Made by a program: the position numbers and the translations under genes
Shown: one piece after another, positions 6,176 to 6,415 of the stretch
How the letters are laid out: every line of letters starts with the position of its first letter
Position numbering within the stretch: position 1 is the first letter of the stretch
Notes under the pieces: generated by a model
The model's database searches: none
What the model saw: the letters and a program-made list of their open reading frames with translations, nothing else
What the model was told of the DNA's origin: nothing
Assembly (NCBI GenBank): GCA_000388065.2
Contig: KB932203.1
DNA: 6,415 bases
Source: Fonticula alba ATCC 38817
Taxonomy: Eukaryota > Protista > Nucleariida
Direction: 5' to 3' (one strand)

Positions 6176-6391
6176 CTGCCACAGGTCCGACCCGCCTCCG
6201 CCCCCCCCCGGGGGAGGAGGGGCCGGGCGGACACACCGTGGGCCGCGGCCGGGCCGGCTGTTGGATTTCCCGCCTGCGAGCGGTTGTGTCCCTGCCGCGG
6301 GCGCATCGGGTTCAGATCTCGCGGGCTCCGATCTTTCTATCGCTCCCGCCCCCACCCCGCCTCTCTTGTTGCCTGTGTCCGGGTGTACGTA

Positions 6392-6415
6392 TGTGTGTGT
6401 GTGTGTGTGTGTGTG
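6392..6415 (+). repeat. (TG)12 microsatellite, truncated by the window end
   Basis: Read directly; preceded by GTGTACGTA. Confidence 0.95.

Noticed and set aside
1-6415. Transposon, retroelement or prokaryotic defence system
   Set aside because: No transposase, RT, integrase or nuclease motifs, no terminal repeats or target-site duplications, and no operon or RBS structure were seen.

Overview
This is eukaryotic-style genomic DNA, very GC-rich (about 70% by eye), dense in microsatellites and G/C homopolymers, with a 170-N assembly gap at 5322-5491. Most ORFs in the six-frame track are artefacts of the GC content, GTG/TTG starts or antisense shadowing. The best-supported coding segments are a + strand 3'-terminal exon (about 265-1071, low-complexity G/P/S/A tail ending in an NLS-like PVAKRPR) and a - strand exon (4065-3549). 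The - strand exon can be spliced in phase to a terminal exon (3058-2889) and possibly to upstream exons. A coding-like block at about 1950-2460 cannot be assigned to a strand with confidence. Candidate splice signals are fungal/opisthokont-like (GTACGT, GCTAAC, GCTGAT). No gene could be named. I see no RNA gene, mobile element, CRISPR array or clear novel system. The most distinctive items are a register-conserved compound 8-mer array (1-160), a possible degenerate Rossmann/MDR-like fold in the - strand protein, and competing splice models. All gene models are hand-built hypotheses.
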